Shown one piece after another: positions 11,685 to 25,907 of a stretch of 64,000 nt of DNA; position 1 is the stretch's first letter, and each line of letters opens with the position of its first letter. The notes under the pieces were generated by a model. That model saw only the letters and a program-made list of their open reading frames with translations. It searched no databases and was not told the origin of the DNA. The position numbers were made by a program, and so were the translations under genes. The stretch is from Callorhinchus milii (lineage: Eukaryota), in NCBI RefSeq assembly GCF_018977255.1, contig NW_024704742.1, positions 47,432,001 to 47,496,000 of the forward strand, written 5' to 3'.

Positions 11685-14600
11685 GTAAATTAACTGGGTA
11701 AGCATCTACATTTACTAACCAGTTTAGCTGGTGTCCTGTGATTATCTTCTTAACAGGGTATTTTATATGGTGAAAGAGATTATGTTCCTTCTGTTTTACA
11801 AGAGGAAATTCAGCAGTGAGCGAGTGTGGAAATATCTTTGCTGAAGATCTTTTAAATTTGATGTGATAGACATATGTGCCTTGGGGAGACAATATATCAC
11901 AGACAACAATGCTTTGATCAGCTGAAGCAGTTTAGCTGAATGGAAGTTGTAACTAATTGAACAGTAATTCCATTTAATTGCACTTTGACATTTGTAAGTG
12001 CAAGTCACTTTACACCTATATAGTTTAGAGTGGCTTTGCTTGCATCAAAACAAAAGGAAACATCAGCTCAAATTTAAAAAAAAGCATTCTGCAACTATTC
12101 TGACTGATGAGTTTTGTGTTCCTTGTTGAAGGATATTGGTGAGGAGCAGAGCAGTACAGAGTGGAGCTCCCTCACGCTACCCAAGTAATGTGCTTTAACC
12201 CTGAAACCCAGAAGAGTGTGCCCACCTATTATAGACCAGGTGTAAATGTTTCCATTTCCCGCAGTGAGATCCCGATCCTTACAGTTTGGCGGATAGATTG
12301 GCGATGTTTACTTTGTACAAGCAGTTTCCTGCAGTGGGCAATGCCAAATAGAAAGTGGGTTTGAGACTGCCCAAGCACCTTTCATCTAATGCTGCTTTTA
12401 TATTGCAGCAGGGAGCAACAGAAAGTGGAGGCATTGACTCTTGAGCATGGCTCTTTAGTGCTGCTGGAGCTTTCCCATTTGGAAACCCTGAGGTTTCCAC
12501 TTTTCGTCCTGCGCATGCATGGAATTTATGATGTCATCCAACATGGAGGAGGGTCCAGGTACGTTCACCAGTGAGAAAATAGCTTTTTTTTACAAAAACT
12601 TGCTGGACTGGGCTGCCGTAGCCGTAAACATGGAGTGAGATAGCGGGAAGAGAAATCTTTCATCCTGTTAGTTTGGGCTTGATGTAAAGCCCGGCGCTGG
12701 AGGTGAAAGATTAATGGGCTAAAGCTACTGTGCCTTTCAAATGCTCAAGTGTATATTAATATCAGATTTAGGCTGTGTAAGTCTGGGGGAGCAGCACTGC
12801 AGTAGCAATGTGATTCCAGTCTGTCTGTGAGCAGATCGTGGATGGGGGTAAGGGGCGGTCCTCCAAACCAGCCTTTCACCTAAATCATGGTAGTGCAGGC
12901 TGCAGAATGAACCACGAGCAAACTTGCATAATAACAGCTCTTCAGCTTCGCTAATCATAATAGATTATGAGCACGGTTGTGGTTTTGTTCATGTGTGGGA
13001 GGCTGTATTGTGCATTTGACTATGACCCTGCACAAACCTGAAGGCAGAAAGGATCCAGCACTTTGCGAAGTGAAACAGTGCGTCCCAGTTGTCAGTCAGT
13101 ATGGGCGCAGGCTTAGTTCTGTATAAACCTAACCAATGTACTGTTAGATTTAGCCTGTCTTGCTCTGTGTCTATTCATTGTGGTCAGGGATTCTGTTGTG
13201 TAACGTGATTTAAACTCAGTCAGCACTTGCATACTTCTCACACGACTCTCCAGTGAAACAATAAAGAGGTGGGCTGAGTCGTTCCATCTGCTGCTGATGT
13301 TCTGGCATGCTTCACATGACTGGCAGCCCACCTGCCCGGACAAAGGAGGTCTTTGTCATTAAGTGCAAAAGTATTTCAAACCAATGGGGGGGGGGGGGGG
13401 AAGAGGTTAGGCACTGAGGAGTTGCTTGTGCAAAAGGGTGGGTCAAAGAACACAATCCTGTTGTTTGCCAGATTGTGTTCTGTCACTTGTGTGTCTGGAT
13501 TTGACGAGCCTGGTTTGCTCTTTTGTTTGATGTCATCCCCGCCACTGTGAAGCTTTCTGAGACATTATCGTATGTGAAGGACGCCATAGGATAATAATCC
13601 TTGCAATTGATATAACGCCTTATCACATCTTTGAGACGCCTCAAAGCGCTTCACAGAATATACCGTAAAGTAGTGATTGTATTTTATGGGCGAAAGTTGT
13701 TTATATAAATACAAGTTGTCGTGTGTTGAAACCAAGGCCAGTTCATTCATGCTTCAACTAGCTAATCTATCAGGATTACCAAGAGGATCATGATTTCTGT
13801 CGGATGTATATTCCAAATGCACAAGAGTTGCAGAAAAATATTTCTCAAATAAGGTTTACAGCTGAAAAATACTACCATGTGTAGCCTCCGCTAACATTCA
13901 CGCCGCTTCAGACAGGAATATTGCAAACTCAGTTTGTGCACTAGAAATGGTTAAGTGAGCTACAGTACTGTAATTAGTACAGTCATATTCTTGTCCCAAG
14001 CAGAAGTGTGGGTTTGAGACAGGAAACCAGACAGCAGTCTGCTCTGATAAGGGAGGGTATTGTCTCAGGGAGTTGGCTCAAGTGTTGTCCCCAGAGGTTC
14101 TCTGGTGGGAAAGGATAGCTGACAGGATACCACATGTAAACCTGCCTAATCCTTCAATGGAATGTAAATAGTGGATTCGTCTCTCTCTTCTCCCCCCCCA
14201 CCCCCCCACCCCACCCGCCTCTCTCTCTCTCTCTCTCTGGCTGCTTTCATTCATTGATTAATGGAGAAGAAAATCTTAGGTGTCATGCATTTTGCATTCC
14301 GTTTTGAGCTTGATATCTTTGCCATAGATACGTTAATCGCAGCATTTGTTTGTAACAAATTAGTGCGAGTTTCATTGGCAAGCCAAAGAATATTACTCAA
14401 AGTAGGAACAGTTAAGCGATGCAAAGTTTATAATTGAGCTGATTAGATCAAATTCTTCCTTCGATCAGGCACAGGCCAGGTATACTATATTTGTGTGACA
14501 TGGTTTGGGTAGATTTTAGAAGCAGAATTTCTGCTCTTTAACTTTCTCTTTCCTTTCCCAAGCTGGGTAGAAGCTGGCAGATCTAGGTCTCAAAGCTGTT

Positions 14601-14798
14601 GCTGTCTTGCAAGAGAGAATCGATTAATTTCAGCATATCGGTGTGGTTAAATCATTTGTAGAAGGATCTTTCTTTCCCCATCTCACAATCCCTCAGCCAT
14701 TGAGTTTTCTGAAATAAAATCATTATAATCTTTGCATTTGTTATAGAGCCATTCACGTCAGGAGTACGTCCCAAAGTGTTTCAAAGGATACACGTGTT

Positions 14799-14972
14799 AA
14801 TAATAATAATAATCCTTGCATTTGATATAACGCTTTTCACGTCTTCTAGACGTCTCAAAGCGCTTCACAGAATAGACTGTAAAGTGAATTGACTGTATAT
14901 TTGTGGGCGAAACGCGGCAGCCAATTGTGCACAGCAGTGTCCCACAACCAGCCATGGAGCGAATTACCAATT
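14799..14972 (-). mobile_element. tRNA-Ala SINE 3' half
   Basis: Reverse complement of family body and tail. Confidence 0.88.
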
Positions 14973-16135
14973 TTAGTGCTGCTCACTTGTGCATTTTGTG
15001 GCAGATGTCCTGATACCGTAGTGTAGCTCCATGAATTGGTGTGAATCCCTTTGCAGCTTCACACAATAATTGGACAAAATAAATCAAAAGGCTTTTTATT
15101 CCTTTGGGATGACTCGGAAGTTGTGTCTGTGTGGCCAAACGTTTTTGCTGAGTGAAACTCGATACCAGTCTCAGGAATGAAAATGGTTTGTGGTTTAATT
15201 GGTAAGAACGTATAATTCAATAGCAAGTGCTTCTCTGCCCTTTTGACTCTGGTTTATTGCTTGCTCCCCACTTATTTCAATCCATTATTGTTCAGTTTAC
15301 ATGCATTACTAGATATGTTCGCATTTGTGGACATGCCTACCTACAAATTACACAGTCACTACACTTTACAGTATAGTCTATGAAGTACTTTAAGAGTCTT
15401 TTCCCCCCGCCACCACCACCACCCCACCCCCCCATGTAAAAGCACTATATCAAATGCAAGGATTATTATTTTTCATTACTGTTTCAGTTCTTTTCATGAA
15501 ACGTTCAGTGTTAAGTGCAGATTGTTCTTTTATTTTGGCCTGTGTGTGTGATTCACTTAGTAAAAGTTTTCCTTTAATTTTGTTGCTTAAACCCCCCGTT
15601 TGGAGTTGAGTCACCAGGAAGATTTGAATTTTTTCCCCTCCCCTTTTCTGTGACTGAGTAAACTCTAGGTGGTTGCGTGACCGAATTGGCTAATATCCCG
15701 GGAATGTTGCAGGCTTTACCTCCCCACCTATTTCGTTTACACGCTGAAGTGGTTGCTTGGTTTTACTGGAACAGGCGGATTATGTTTCTAAACCCCTGTC
15801 TTGTTTGGACAAGTTAAACAGCCCTGACAAAGGGCCATGGGGCAGGGTGTGGAAAGGCAGGAGAGTAGATGGCACAGAATACTGTGGTTTATTAGCAAAA
15901 GAAAGGGTAGATTGTTTGCTTAGGTTAATAGTGCTTCTTCATCATTCTTTTAGACGATGGGGAACAGTGAGAGGCTGTATTGTTTCTTTTGAGTTTGTTC
16001 TGTCCCAAAGAAATTCATCAGAACAATTGTTTCTTACAGAAGTTTATTTATTAATTTATATAACCCCACCCCCACCTCCCCGAGTTGCTCACCGATGATT
16101 AAACAATTTGAGATGACAACATTGCTTAGTACCTT

Positions 16136-16440
16136 AATAATAATCCATGCATTTGATATAGCACTTTTATTATATCGCTGAGGCGTCTCAAGGCTCTTCA
16201 CAGAATATACTGTAAAGTGAATTAATTTTACATTTGTAGACGAACGCGACAGCCAATTGTGCATAGCAGTGTCCCACAAACAGACGTGAATTGAGTGACC
16301 AAATTTTTTTTCAAAAAAGGGATTATTAACCCCCAGAAAGCGATTGGCAAATTGACAAACAACCTACTTATTGTTAGGTAAACAGAAGCATGTGGAGTAA
16401 TGAAACTTGCCTAAGGTTTTGCCCCACCCAGGAATCAAAG
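16136..16440 (-). mobile_element. tRNA-Ala SINE, long variant, 5' truncated
   Basis: Contains the extra internal segment (aggtaaacag). Confidence 0.85.
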
Positions 16441-17429
16441 CCGATTGTTTGTGAGGATAGGATATTAAGTCACATGTGAATGGGTATATGAGGTTCCACA
16501 CATGCAACCAATTTATGACGTCCTCACATACAAGATAATAACATTCTATAGCATCTTTCCCGTAAAATGAACATTTCAAAGCCATTCACAGAGTCCTCAG
16601 CAGGCTGGGAGGAAGGAGTACAGGTAGGTATTCAAGAGTGTTCACCAAAGTCACAGTAAAAGAGAAAGGAAATAGAAGGAACAAGGCAAAGAGATTTTGC
16701 AGTAGAGTTCCAGAGAACAGTAAGGTAGTGTCTGAAGACATCCTGACACAATGTGGAACACAGCCCCAGAAACTGCTGGGATTTCTGAACAGAAAGACTG
16801 AAGCCAGAGGCCAATATAAACTTAGCAAAGTAGACATCAGAAAGAGGTTGTAAATGACTGTTAGGGACAGCTGTTGTACCATTAACAGATTGTGTAATGC
16901 TGCTAACAGCGGGGTAAGGAAAAGCCAACAATGGGCAAGACCAAGACTGCAATAAGAATGTGAAATTCCAGAAGTCTGATGTTCAGGCACGAAGGGTGTC
17001 CGAAAGCAAGATAAGATAAACTATTACTTACTGCTTACTCACTCACTTATAAAGAAACAAGTCCTCATAAGGAGACCCATTTAACAGCTACCAATGGTTG
17101 CTAGAGATAAGCTTGTAAAGGGCTAGGGGTGTTTATTGGTGCATTAACTGAGTGTGTGTGTGGGGGGTGGAATGCTGGACCTGAAGATTTTAATGGCTGC
17201 CTTTATTGTTTTGATCTCTGATATCCTCAATATATTAATTATCTGGTTATGTGATATAGCACCTTATAACGCCAAAAATATTTCAAAGTGCTTTACAGCA
17301 TTTTTTTCTGGAGAGTATAGTGATTGTATTTATAGGTGAACGTGGCAGCTAATTTGCATACAGCAATGTCCTACAAGCAGACAATGTTTATAATAATAAT
17401 AATCCTTGCATTTGATATAGTTTGTGCTC

Positions 17430-17625
17430 AATTGGGATCTTTAATGTCCACCTGAACAGGCATTTGGAATCTTGGTTTAACCTCTCATCAAAAGGACAGC
17501 CCTAACAACCCAGCACTCTCCCAGCATTGTATTGGAGCATTAGCCTAGATTGTAGGTTCAAAGTCCCGGCCTGGCGCTTGAACCCACAACCCTCTCATTG
17601 AGAGGAATGTTCTCGAGCAAGCCAT
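17430..17625 (-). mobile_element. Older DeuSINE-like fragment
   Basis: gggatctttaatgtccacctgaacagg...cttgaacccacaacc. Confidence 0.7.
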
Positions 17626-19118
17626 GCTGAAGCTGAAATGGAGGTAGAGGGAAATTGCGCGAGCAAATTTAAGACACTTTGCCAAGCGTCCGGCAAATCT
17701 AATTAGCTGGACGCTTGGCAAAGAATTTGAATTTGAATGCGCTCAGAAGCTATCCTGCATGAAGCGCGTGCCTCAATGCCAATTGTTATTGAAATACAGA
17801 ATAGTGTAGAACTGTTCATTTTACTTTGAGATCAATTGGATAGATCATGCTGGTCTCTTCCAGTCCTGTACATTCCTGCTTTGCTACCTTTCATTCACTC
17901 CCCCAGCTGGCTAACAACAACAACAACAAGATTGCATTTATAGAGCGCCTTTCATGTCGGGAGGACGTCCCAAGGTGCTGGACAGTTGGGTCGGGACCCA
18001 AGCAGGGGGGAATTGGTCAGGGTGAGGGGAGGGAAGGGAGGGAGCGAGGAGGGGGTAGAGAGTCGAGAGGGGAGGTGAAGGCACGAGCAAGCCATGCTGA
18101 ACATGGACACAATGGACACGTAACAATGCACACGAGGAATATGGAGGTGATCTGATGTTCAGACAAATATGGAATTACACTTCTTGTCCTTTATTTTTGG
18201 TAAGTCAGGGTACTAAGGGATATGGGGAGAAAGCAGGAAATTGGAATTGAAAGGATTAGTTGAGGTACAGATTAACCATGATCTAATTAAATGGCGGAAC
18301 AGGCTCGAAGGTTTGAATGGCCTCCTCCTGTTCCAATGAAAGGAGGAATTATTTTTTAAACAACGTTGAGATGCTCCACTGTAGTAATAATAATCCTTGC
18401 ATTTTATATAACGTCTCATCACATCTTTGAGACGTCTCAAAGAGTTTCATACAGTGTTTTGCTAAAAGCCCGGCATCAACTGAGGTTTTAAATTCAGTTC
18501 AAAACTGATCCTTTGCAATTTCAAATACTTTGAGATAGGATTAGTAACTGTTTAACCACTGGCTCTACCCCCTTTTAGGCTCACTCATAGTAAAGAGCAA
18601 ACGTTTGTTCCAGCAGGGAAGTGGACTTTGTCCAATGCCACACATTACTTCTCCATGTCATGCTGCAACTTGTTTGTTATCTTGGGCCGCTAAAGTTCAC
18701 GACATGGTTGTGCTCTAATTTAATGACGCAGGCAAACTCCACTTTAGCAGTATAGCAATTCCAGAATATGTCTACAGTCGCTTTGTGTTCTCATATATTC
18801 AGTTTGTTTGGTCACACAAAAGTTTTTAAAACAACTTTACAAATAATGGCTTCAGAGGAAGGAACACACGACTGTGAGACTGGATTAAATGTGTCTCTTG
18901 ATGCTCATGACTTGACATGGAATTTCCCCTGAATGGATTCTGATCCAAATCATGGGAAAGGATGAACTGAATCATTGTGAGGTTCAGCTCAGAACTATGC
19001 AAAGTACCGAGCAATTGCTTCTTAGAGCAATCAAGCAAACACATTTTGGATTTGGTGAAAATAAATCCGGTCTTTCTGCACACATATATGTTTAGCCTCT
19101 CCAAGGAACCGTTTGTGA

Positions 19119-19321
19119 AGTCCTGTAGCTCAGTGGTTAGAGCACTCGTCTCGCAAGCAAGAGACCTGGGTTTGATTCCCGGCAGGGCAAAACTTTGGGC
19201 AAGTTTCCTTACTCCACATGCCTGATAATAATCCCTCAAAAAAAAATAATTTGGTCACTCAATCCCACAACTGTTTGTGGGACACTGCTGTGCGCAGTTG
19301 GCTGCTCCGTTTCGCCCACAA
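19119..19321 (+). mobile_element. tRNA-Ala SINE, head and body, tail missing
   Basis: gtcctgtagctcagtggttagagc...cccggcagggc plus body. Confidence 0.9.
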
Positions 19322-19648
19322 GCAGCAATATCGGACACGGAAAACTTTTCCTGGCTTTGGGCCAAATCATTGTTCAGGTGTTGGAGAGGGGGGAAATGCT
19401 CAAAAAGTTGATAATTAATGACTGGGATTTTCAGCAGTGTGATAATTGGCCGTGCACTAAGACTGCATGTCTGTGTATACATGAAAGTTCTGAAGCCGAT
19501 TAAATTCTGTGTAAAGCAGCAGCTTAGATATTCAAATCGGGGTTTTTGGACTAGCAAATATAAGATCAAAACGTATAACACTTTAGTGTTTGTTTAGTTG
19601 CTTGATTGATGGCAGCATTCTTCTGAACAGGATCTGAACTAGACCAAA

Positions 19649-19709
19649 GTGTGTGTGTGTGTGTGCGTGCGTGGGTGTGTTTGTATGTATGTGTGCTTGT
19701 GTGGGTGTG
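19649..19709. repeat. Imperfect (GT)n microsatellite
   Basis: Directly visible. Confidence 0.9.
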
Positions 19710-20556
19710 GCTCTGTACCACATCCATAGAAAATTGATAGTGTTGACCCACGAGTATTTTAATATCCAATTGAGGCAGGCTAGTAATCTATTGCTTTTGA
19801 TGGATCCTGTCAGGCTGCAGCATGTTGCTGTATTGCTGTACCATGGTAACTTAGGAGGAGGAGAGTTTTACAGCACATTTTTAGGCAGAATATTCACAAT
19901 GGAGTTCCAGAGCCTGGGCAAGGTAACTCCTTACAGGAGAGATCATGCGCTTCTAAGTAGACAGTTATTGAGCAAGGTTGAGGAGGACCTTGGACCAAAA
20001 TAATCACAAGGTCAGGCTCCAGGAAATAAAATTCTATTTCAAAACAAATACAAATTTTCCTTAAAGATCAATTATGAATCTGGTCTAGTTTGTTCGATTT
20101 GTGTATTAAGTTTCATATGTATCATCTGGCCCAGCCAAGTGCTATTATTATATCCAGTTTCAGATGTCTGGTCCAGTCAAATCCCACTTGTAAGCCATAT
20201 TCCACAGAGCAATTTCAAACTCATTGAATATACATTTAATGGAGATGAAAGAGCATTGTTGGGAAAATGACTGTGTAAGTGACTGACACCAGTGAAAAGT
20301 GCCTCTGGATCTAAAATGCATCGTTCCCAGAGGTCCCATGTATGTGATACCAAATCACAAGTATTTGGCTCTTACCAGAGATCATCCAATGATGCTTGGA
20401 TTTAAAAGTTATACATTTGCAGCAGTTTAGGATCGAAGCCAACAACCTATTCCCCAGAAATCTGAAACCAGAACAATCTCTAAGCCAATACAATTTACAC
20501 CTGTATTAGTTCTCCTGCCTTCCACACAACTGTGATCAACCCTATCTACAGAGTGT

Positions 20557-21032
20557 ATTTTCCCAAACGTCCTCTATGTCGTGTCCTCGATCACCCTTCC
20601 CGGAAACCAGCTGCTGATTACCCTTTGCGTAAAGAAATGCTTCCTGGTTGTGACATTACCCTACATAATCCTGAACCCGTACTCTCTGGACAAGTAATGC
20701 AAAATACAGAAGAAAGAAAAATACAAAATCCAGTTTTCATGTTAATAAAAGTAATAACAGCAACAACTTCCCCTTATAGTGCCCTTCATGTAGGGTAATG
20801 GCTTGGAGAGCTGCACAAAACTCATCATAAGTGCAGTTTGGATGAAGGAGTCTTTTCATCCTTCCGGAATGTCAAGCCACCCATATTTGATAGCAACATT
20901 TTCCCAAACGTCCTCTATGTCGTGTCCTTGATCACCCTTCCCGGAAACCAGCTGCTGATTACCCTTTGCGTAAAGAAATGCTTCCTGGTTGTGACATTAC
21001 CCTACATAATCCTGAACCCGTACTCTCTGGAC
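20557..21032. repeat. 135-bp direct repeat (20557-20691 and 20898-21032), one mismatch
   Basis: Manual alignment; the only difference is cctCga versus cctTga. Confidence 0.95.
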
Positions 21033-22924
21033 CAGTTGTGGTGGAGCTGAAAGCATTGTTGAATTGAGAATTACTGCCAGCGCCTTGGGATGTCCTCCTG
21101 ATGTGAAAGGCGCTCTATAATGTTGTTGTTGTTTTCTCTTTGAGCCTTTTGATTAAATTGGAATTGCAAAGCATCAGTTGTACCTTCTATAAATACTGTT
21201 GTGGGACAGGTCTGTTTAATTACTTAACTGATTTCCATATTGAAGAGTTTTGATGCAGATGTACCAGTTTTGCTTTGCTTAAAGTTTGTTTTCTGAGCCT
21301 TTTATAATCAATTCGCTTTAAGTATCACTTGTTTTCGTGCAGATTATAATCATAACTCCAAATTCATTCACTCTCAGTAAATACCTTAGCATCTGTGTAT
21401 TTTAATCTCTATTTGCCATGGTCAAATTGTGCGTCATTTTTATTGTGCCTATGCCTGGCAGTATTTATTTGAGAATTATTGGAGTTGATGATTATATTAC
21501 AAAATATGTTTCTAACTATAAAAGAGAAAACAAGATAAGACACATCCCACAGGCAATAAAACTAAAATACTAAAGGCACAGTTTTATCAGAGATAATGGT
21601 ATTAATTGATACCATATTGAAAGTTATGCCAAGATTTCACAATTCCCATCAAGATGCTCTTATTACATTGCAGCAATAATTATCCCATCACACCCCATCA
21701 ATGAGTAAGTAGATGTGGCTCACAGAATAGTCACTTAGTTCTGGATCACATAAAACTTGGGTACTGCGCAAACCCAAAGAATCACTGATCTATTGTATGT
21801 GGTGCTTGAAATCAGATTTATTCCCTTAATCTTGTGACAGAGTTCCTGTTTGTCATTTGTTGAATAAGGTGACTCATCAGAGTTGAATCTTTCCAAGTAA
21901 CATACTGATAAGCAGGTTTGATTCCTGGGTGGGGAGAAAACTTGTTTCACACAAGCAAATTGGCTGCCACATCAATCCACTTTACAGTATATTCTATGAA
22001 GCGCTTTGAGACGTCTCAACAAAGTGATAAGGCACTATATCAATTGCAGGGATTATTATTATTGTAAGGTGCTGAGATTAAAAGAAAAAAAATACAAAAA
22101 TGTTGGAAATATACAAAAAAAACTAGAAAATGCTGCAAGTGAATACTATGCAGTTTTAAAAATTGCCCCATACAGTATTTAAAGAATTTACAGTCGATGG
22201 GTTGCATGTGCCATCTAATCAAGAGGTGGGAAGAGATTGATTTTAATAAACCAAGAATTATACTTTCAGATACACCAAGACAACAGGATGCAAGGGCATG
22301 GGTTCAGAATAGTTTAATGTTTCAGAGCACCTGAAACATTAATGGGGGCTTTGTAACATTGTTCTGCCTGCGATAGCATTTCTGTCATCACTGGTCAGTA
22401 AAAATACTTTGAGGCGCCCTGTGTTGAACTCTTCCTGATGTCTCTTCCTGTTGCCGGATCTCCCTGTGGATGAATAGCAAAGAGCTTTTCCATTTCGCCC
22501 TTGTTTAATGCACATTGACCAATCTGCGTATGCATGCAGCATTTTCCTTTTGGTCAGCACCTAATTAACATTAGCAAAACCAGGAATAAAGGCTTAGAAA
22601 CAGTTACCTGGCCCATGTTACTAAGGTAGTAATGGATTCCAAGGTTCCATACATGCACAGAAGATATGACAACACACAGAACAGACACCAGGTATTTTCA
22701 AATATAAATGCTGACACTGTGATTGTGTCAGGGTTGAACTAACATATGACCTACAATGAAGTTATTGTAGCCTTGTACATATGTGACCACAGTAATCAAA
22801 TCTTCAGAGCAAGGTATTTTTAGCTACTTTTCCAGTCTAGAAAAACTTTCCAATGAGTTAATAAAGATACAACAGTAATAGTACTGAAAGAGCAGATACT
22901 GTATGATTATGGTTGTTAGTCAAT

Positions 22925-23135
22925 CGGCGGATCACTTTCCAGGGGTAATAAACCCTCCAAAAGAAATTAAACTTTGGTCACTCAATCCACAACTGTTTGT
23001 GGGACATTGTTTTGCTGATGTGTTTCTCCCACAAAATATACAGTCAATTCACTTTACATGATATTCTGTGAAGCATTTTGAGATGTCTCGAAGACATAAA
23101 TAGGCACTATATCAAATGCAAGGATTATTATTATT
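22925..23135 (+). mobile_element. tRNA-Ala SINE, long-variant 3' part
   Basis: Family body and tail. Confidence 0.8.
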
Positions 23136-23519
23136 AGATTAATGCACACTGAGGCTCTAATATTGCAGCATTTGTCAACCAGATTCCTTTATAAACAATC
23201 CAGTTAGAATTCCTATTGGCCAGGGTGAAATCTATTCTGGGGAGGATTAGTGTAATGTATGTCCAATTACTGAAAGGAGCCCCATTTCCACAACTAAGAT
23301 TCATTATTAAGGAATCCTGGTAAGACATATTGCAAATTAGACATCACTATATCTTAAAGTTGCTTCGCTGGGCTAGGAAGGGGAGAAACAAAAATCAGTC
23401 GGGTTTCTCGATCCTGACCACTGCCCGGTGGTCCCTCCTGGAAAGGGTGTGTGGACATTCAGTGAGGACAGGATAGGGCTTGGCTGTACTTTCCCCAGCT
23501 CCACCCCACTGTCAGACAG

Positions 23520-24823
23520 CCTGCCGGTTTCCGCCCTGCCCACAGTACAGAGACTGCGCTTGTGAAAGTCACAAACGACATCCTCTCTATCTGTGACCAG
23601 GACTCCCTCTGCCTCCTTGTCCTCCAGGACCTCTACCCCGCTTTTGACACAGTCGATCACGCCATCCTCCTTCACCGCCTTTCCTCCGTCATCCACCTCA
23701 GTGGGACCGCCCTCGCCTGGTTCGAGTCCTACCTCACAAACCGCCAGCACTACATCTGCATAAATGGCTTCTCCTCCCGCTCTCACCCGGTTACCTGCGG
23801 GGTACCCCAAGGATCCATCCTTGGCCCCCTCCTCTTTCTGATCTACATGTTCCCTCTTGGGGATGTCATTCGCAGACATGGGGTACATTTCCACATGTAC
23901 GCGGATGACACCCAACTCTATTTTTCCACCTCTCTTTGCGACCCCCAGTCCCCTGATGTTCTGTCAGACTGCCTGTCAGATCTCAGGGACTGGATGAGCG
24001 CAAATTTCCTTCAGCTGAACGTTGATAAGACGGAAGCCATGCTCTTTGGTTCTCATCAATGTCTAACATCTCATGGCTCTCACCTCCTCCACCTACCCGA
24101 CCTCTCCCTAAAACTCTCCAAACCTGTACGCAACCTAGGTGTCAGATTCGACCCCCAATTATCCTTCCTCCCCCGCATCCGGTCCCTCACCAGAACCGCC
24201 TTCTTCCACCTCCGACGCATCACCTGTCACCGCCAATACTTCTCCCCGAAAGCCGCTGAAACCTTAGTCCATGGACTATTCTAACGCCCTCCTCACCGGT
24301 CTCCCCTCCACTACCATCCATAAAATCCAAATCATTCAATACTCTGCCGCCTGCATTCTCACCCGCACCAAACTCCGCTCCCCGATCACCCCAGTCCTTG
24401 CCAGACTGCACTGGCTGCCTATCCCAGAGAGGATCGATTTCAAGATCCTCACCTTTGTATTCAAATCCCTCCACTTCTCTGCACCCCTCCTACCTCTCTG
24501 ACCTCTCTACTCAAAGCAGTACCCGTTGCCTTCGTTCCTCCAGGTCTGACCTCCCCCTTGTCCCCCGAGTCCTCCGCTCCACCTGTGGAGGTGGCTGTGC
24601 CTTCAGCCAATATATCCCGAGGCTCTGGAATTCTCTTCCTCACTCCCTTCGCCTCGTTCCTCTCTTCCTATTTTCAGGTCCCTGCTGAAGACCTTTCTCT
24701 TCGACCGCACCTTTGGTCACCTTCCTCCCCCTCCCCCTGGCTCAGCCCCAGGATCCGTTACTGTGAAGCGCTCTTGAGACGCCGTCCGGCATGGAGGGCG
24801 CTATATAAATCCAAGTTGTTGTT
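23520..24823 (+). mobile_element. L2 LINE, 5' truncated, disrupted reverse transcriptase (family A)
   Basis: ORF 23562-24284 has AFDTVDH, GVPQGSILGPLLF and YADDTQLY; continues frameshifted (DYSNALL, LHWLPI); tail ggcgctatataaatccaag(ttg)n. Confidence 0.95.
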
Positions 24824-25788
24824 CTAAAACTCAGTGTTTGAACCCACTTGGGCGAGGTATCGGATGGTCTCCAGAGCCTGTGGAACTTTGCACCAGAGTA
24901 TGAGTCGACACTTGAGCAGGGGATGGGAAAATGTTATTAAAAAGTCTGGAAAGGATGTCCAGTTTTGAAATTGAAAACATAATTTTCTTGAACCCGCATT
25001 GACCAGAACACAGAACATTATGTAACAATGGCAATAATTGAAGGCACGTATGACTTACTGGAAAAGATGACGAAACTTGAAGGAAGAAAGGAAGCAGCAA
25101 ACTAGATTGTGATGATGACTTTAATTGATGATGTATCGTGGTAGCAGTAAACAATTGGAGTTGGGTGAACTGCAAGGAAGGTTGGAATGACTAGATGATG
25201 ACCAGTTTGGCAAAGTGTAGGTTGTGAAAGACATGGCTGATGATACACACTAATTGCTGTGTTAAGTTCCACACCCAAATCGTGGCCTTTATTTTAAAAG
25301 AAGATATGACTCCGAATCTAGAAATGAAAACTTCTGAAACTCACACCTCCCATGTACACAAAAGGCTGGTCATGCGCTCCAACAGATGTGTCTCGTGGAG
25401 TTAGAGAAGACTATCAGCATTCCAGATGTTTTATTTGAAAGCAGCCAAGTGACACGGGGATAGCAATTAATGAATGAGATTTCCATATGTTTTACAGATT
25501 AAAAAGATCAAAAATAAAAGAGCCTCTGTGCAGAAAATTTAAATACTGCAGTTGAGTGCCACTGATCATTGTGAATGATATGGTATCTCATTTTTGTACT
25601 ACTGTACTCCGAAAAGCAATGGATAACTTGAGCTTCCTCATTTGAGGTCAGATTGGGGTCAGTGATATCCAAAAGCTGTCAAAATTGTGGAAAAAAAATG
25701 CTGGAGAGCAAAAAGTCCATAGAGAGATAGTGAAGGACCCTTGGCTAATAATACTAATTAAAATTAGAGTAATATAATATTTTTGTTG

Positions 25789-25907
25789 ATAATAATAATA
25801 ATAATCCTTGCATTTGATATAGCGCTTTTCACGTCTTCTAGACGTCTCAAAGTGCTTCACAGAATATACTGTAAAGTGAATTGACTGTATATTTGTGGGC
25901 GAAACGC
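25789..25907 (-). mobile_element. tRNA-Ala SINE 3' end
   Basis: Near-consensus tail. Confidence 0.9.

Noticed and set aside
16586..16990. Overlapping ORFs of 71-134 aa
   Set aside because: No recognisable domain or splice structure; possibly a decayed CR1 remnant.
23562..24284. 240-aa ORF with RT motifs as a host or domesticated gene
   Set aside because: 5' truncated, starts at GTG, frameshifted, and ends in an L2 tail; ordinary dead LINE.
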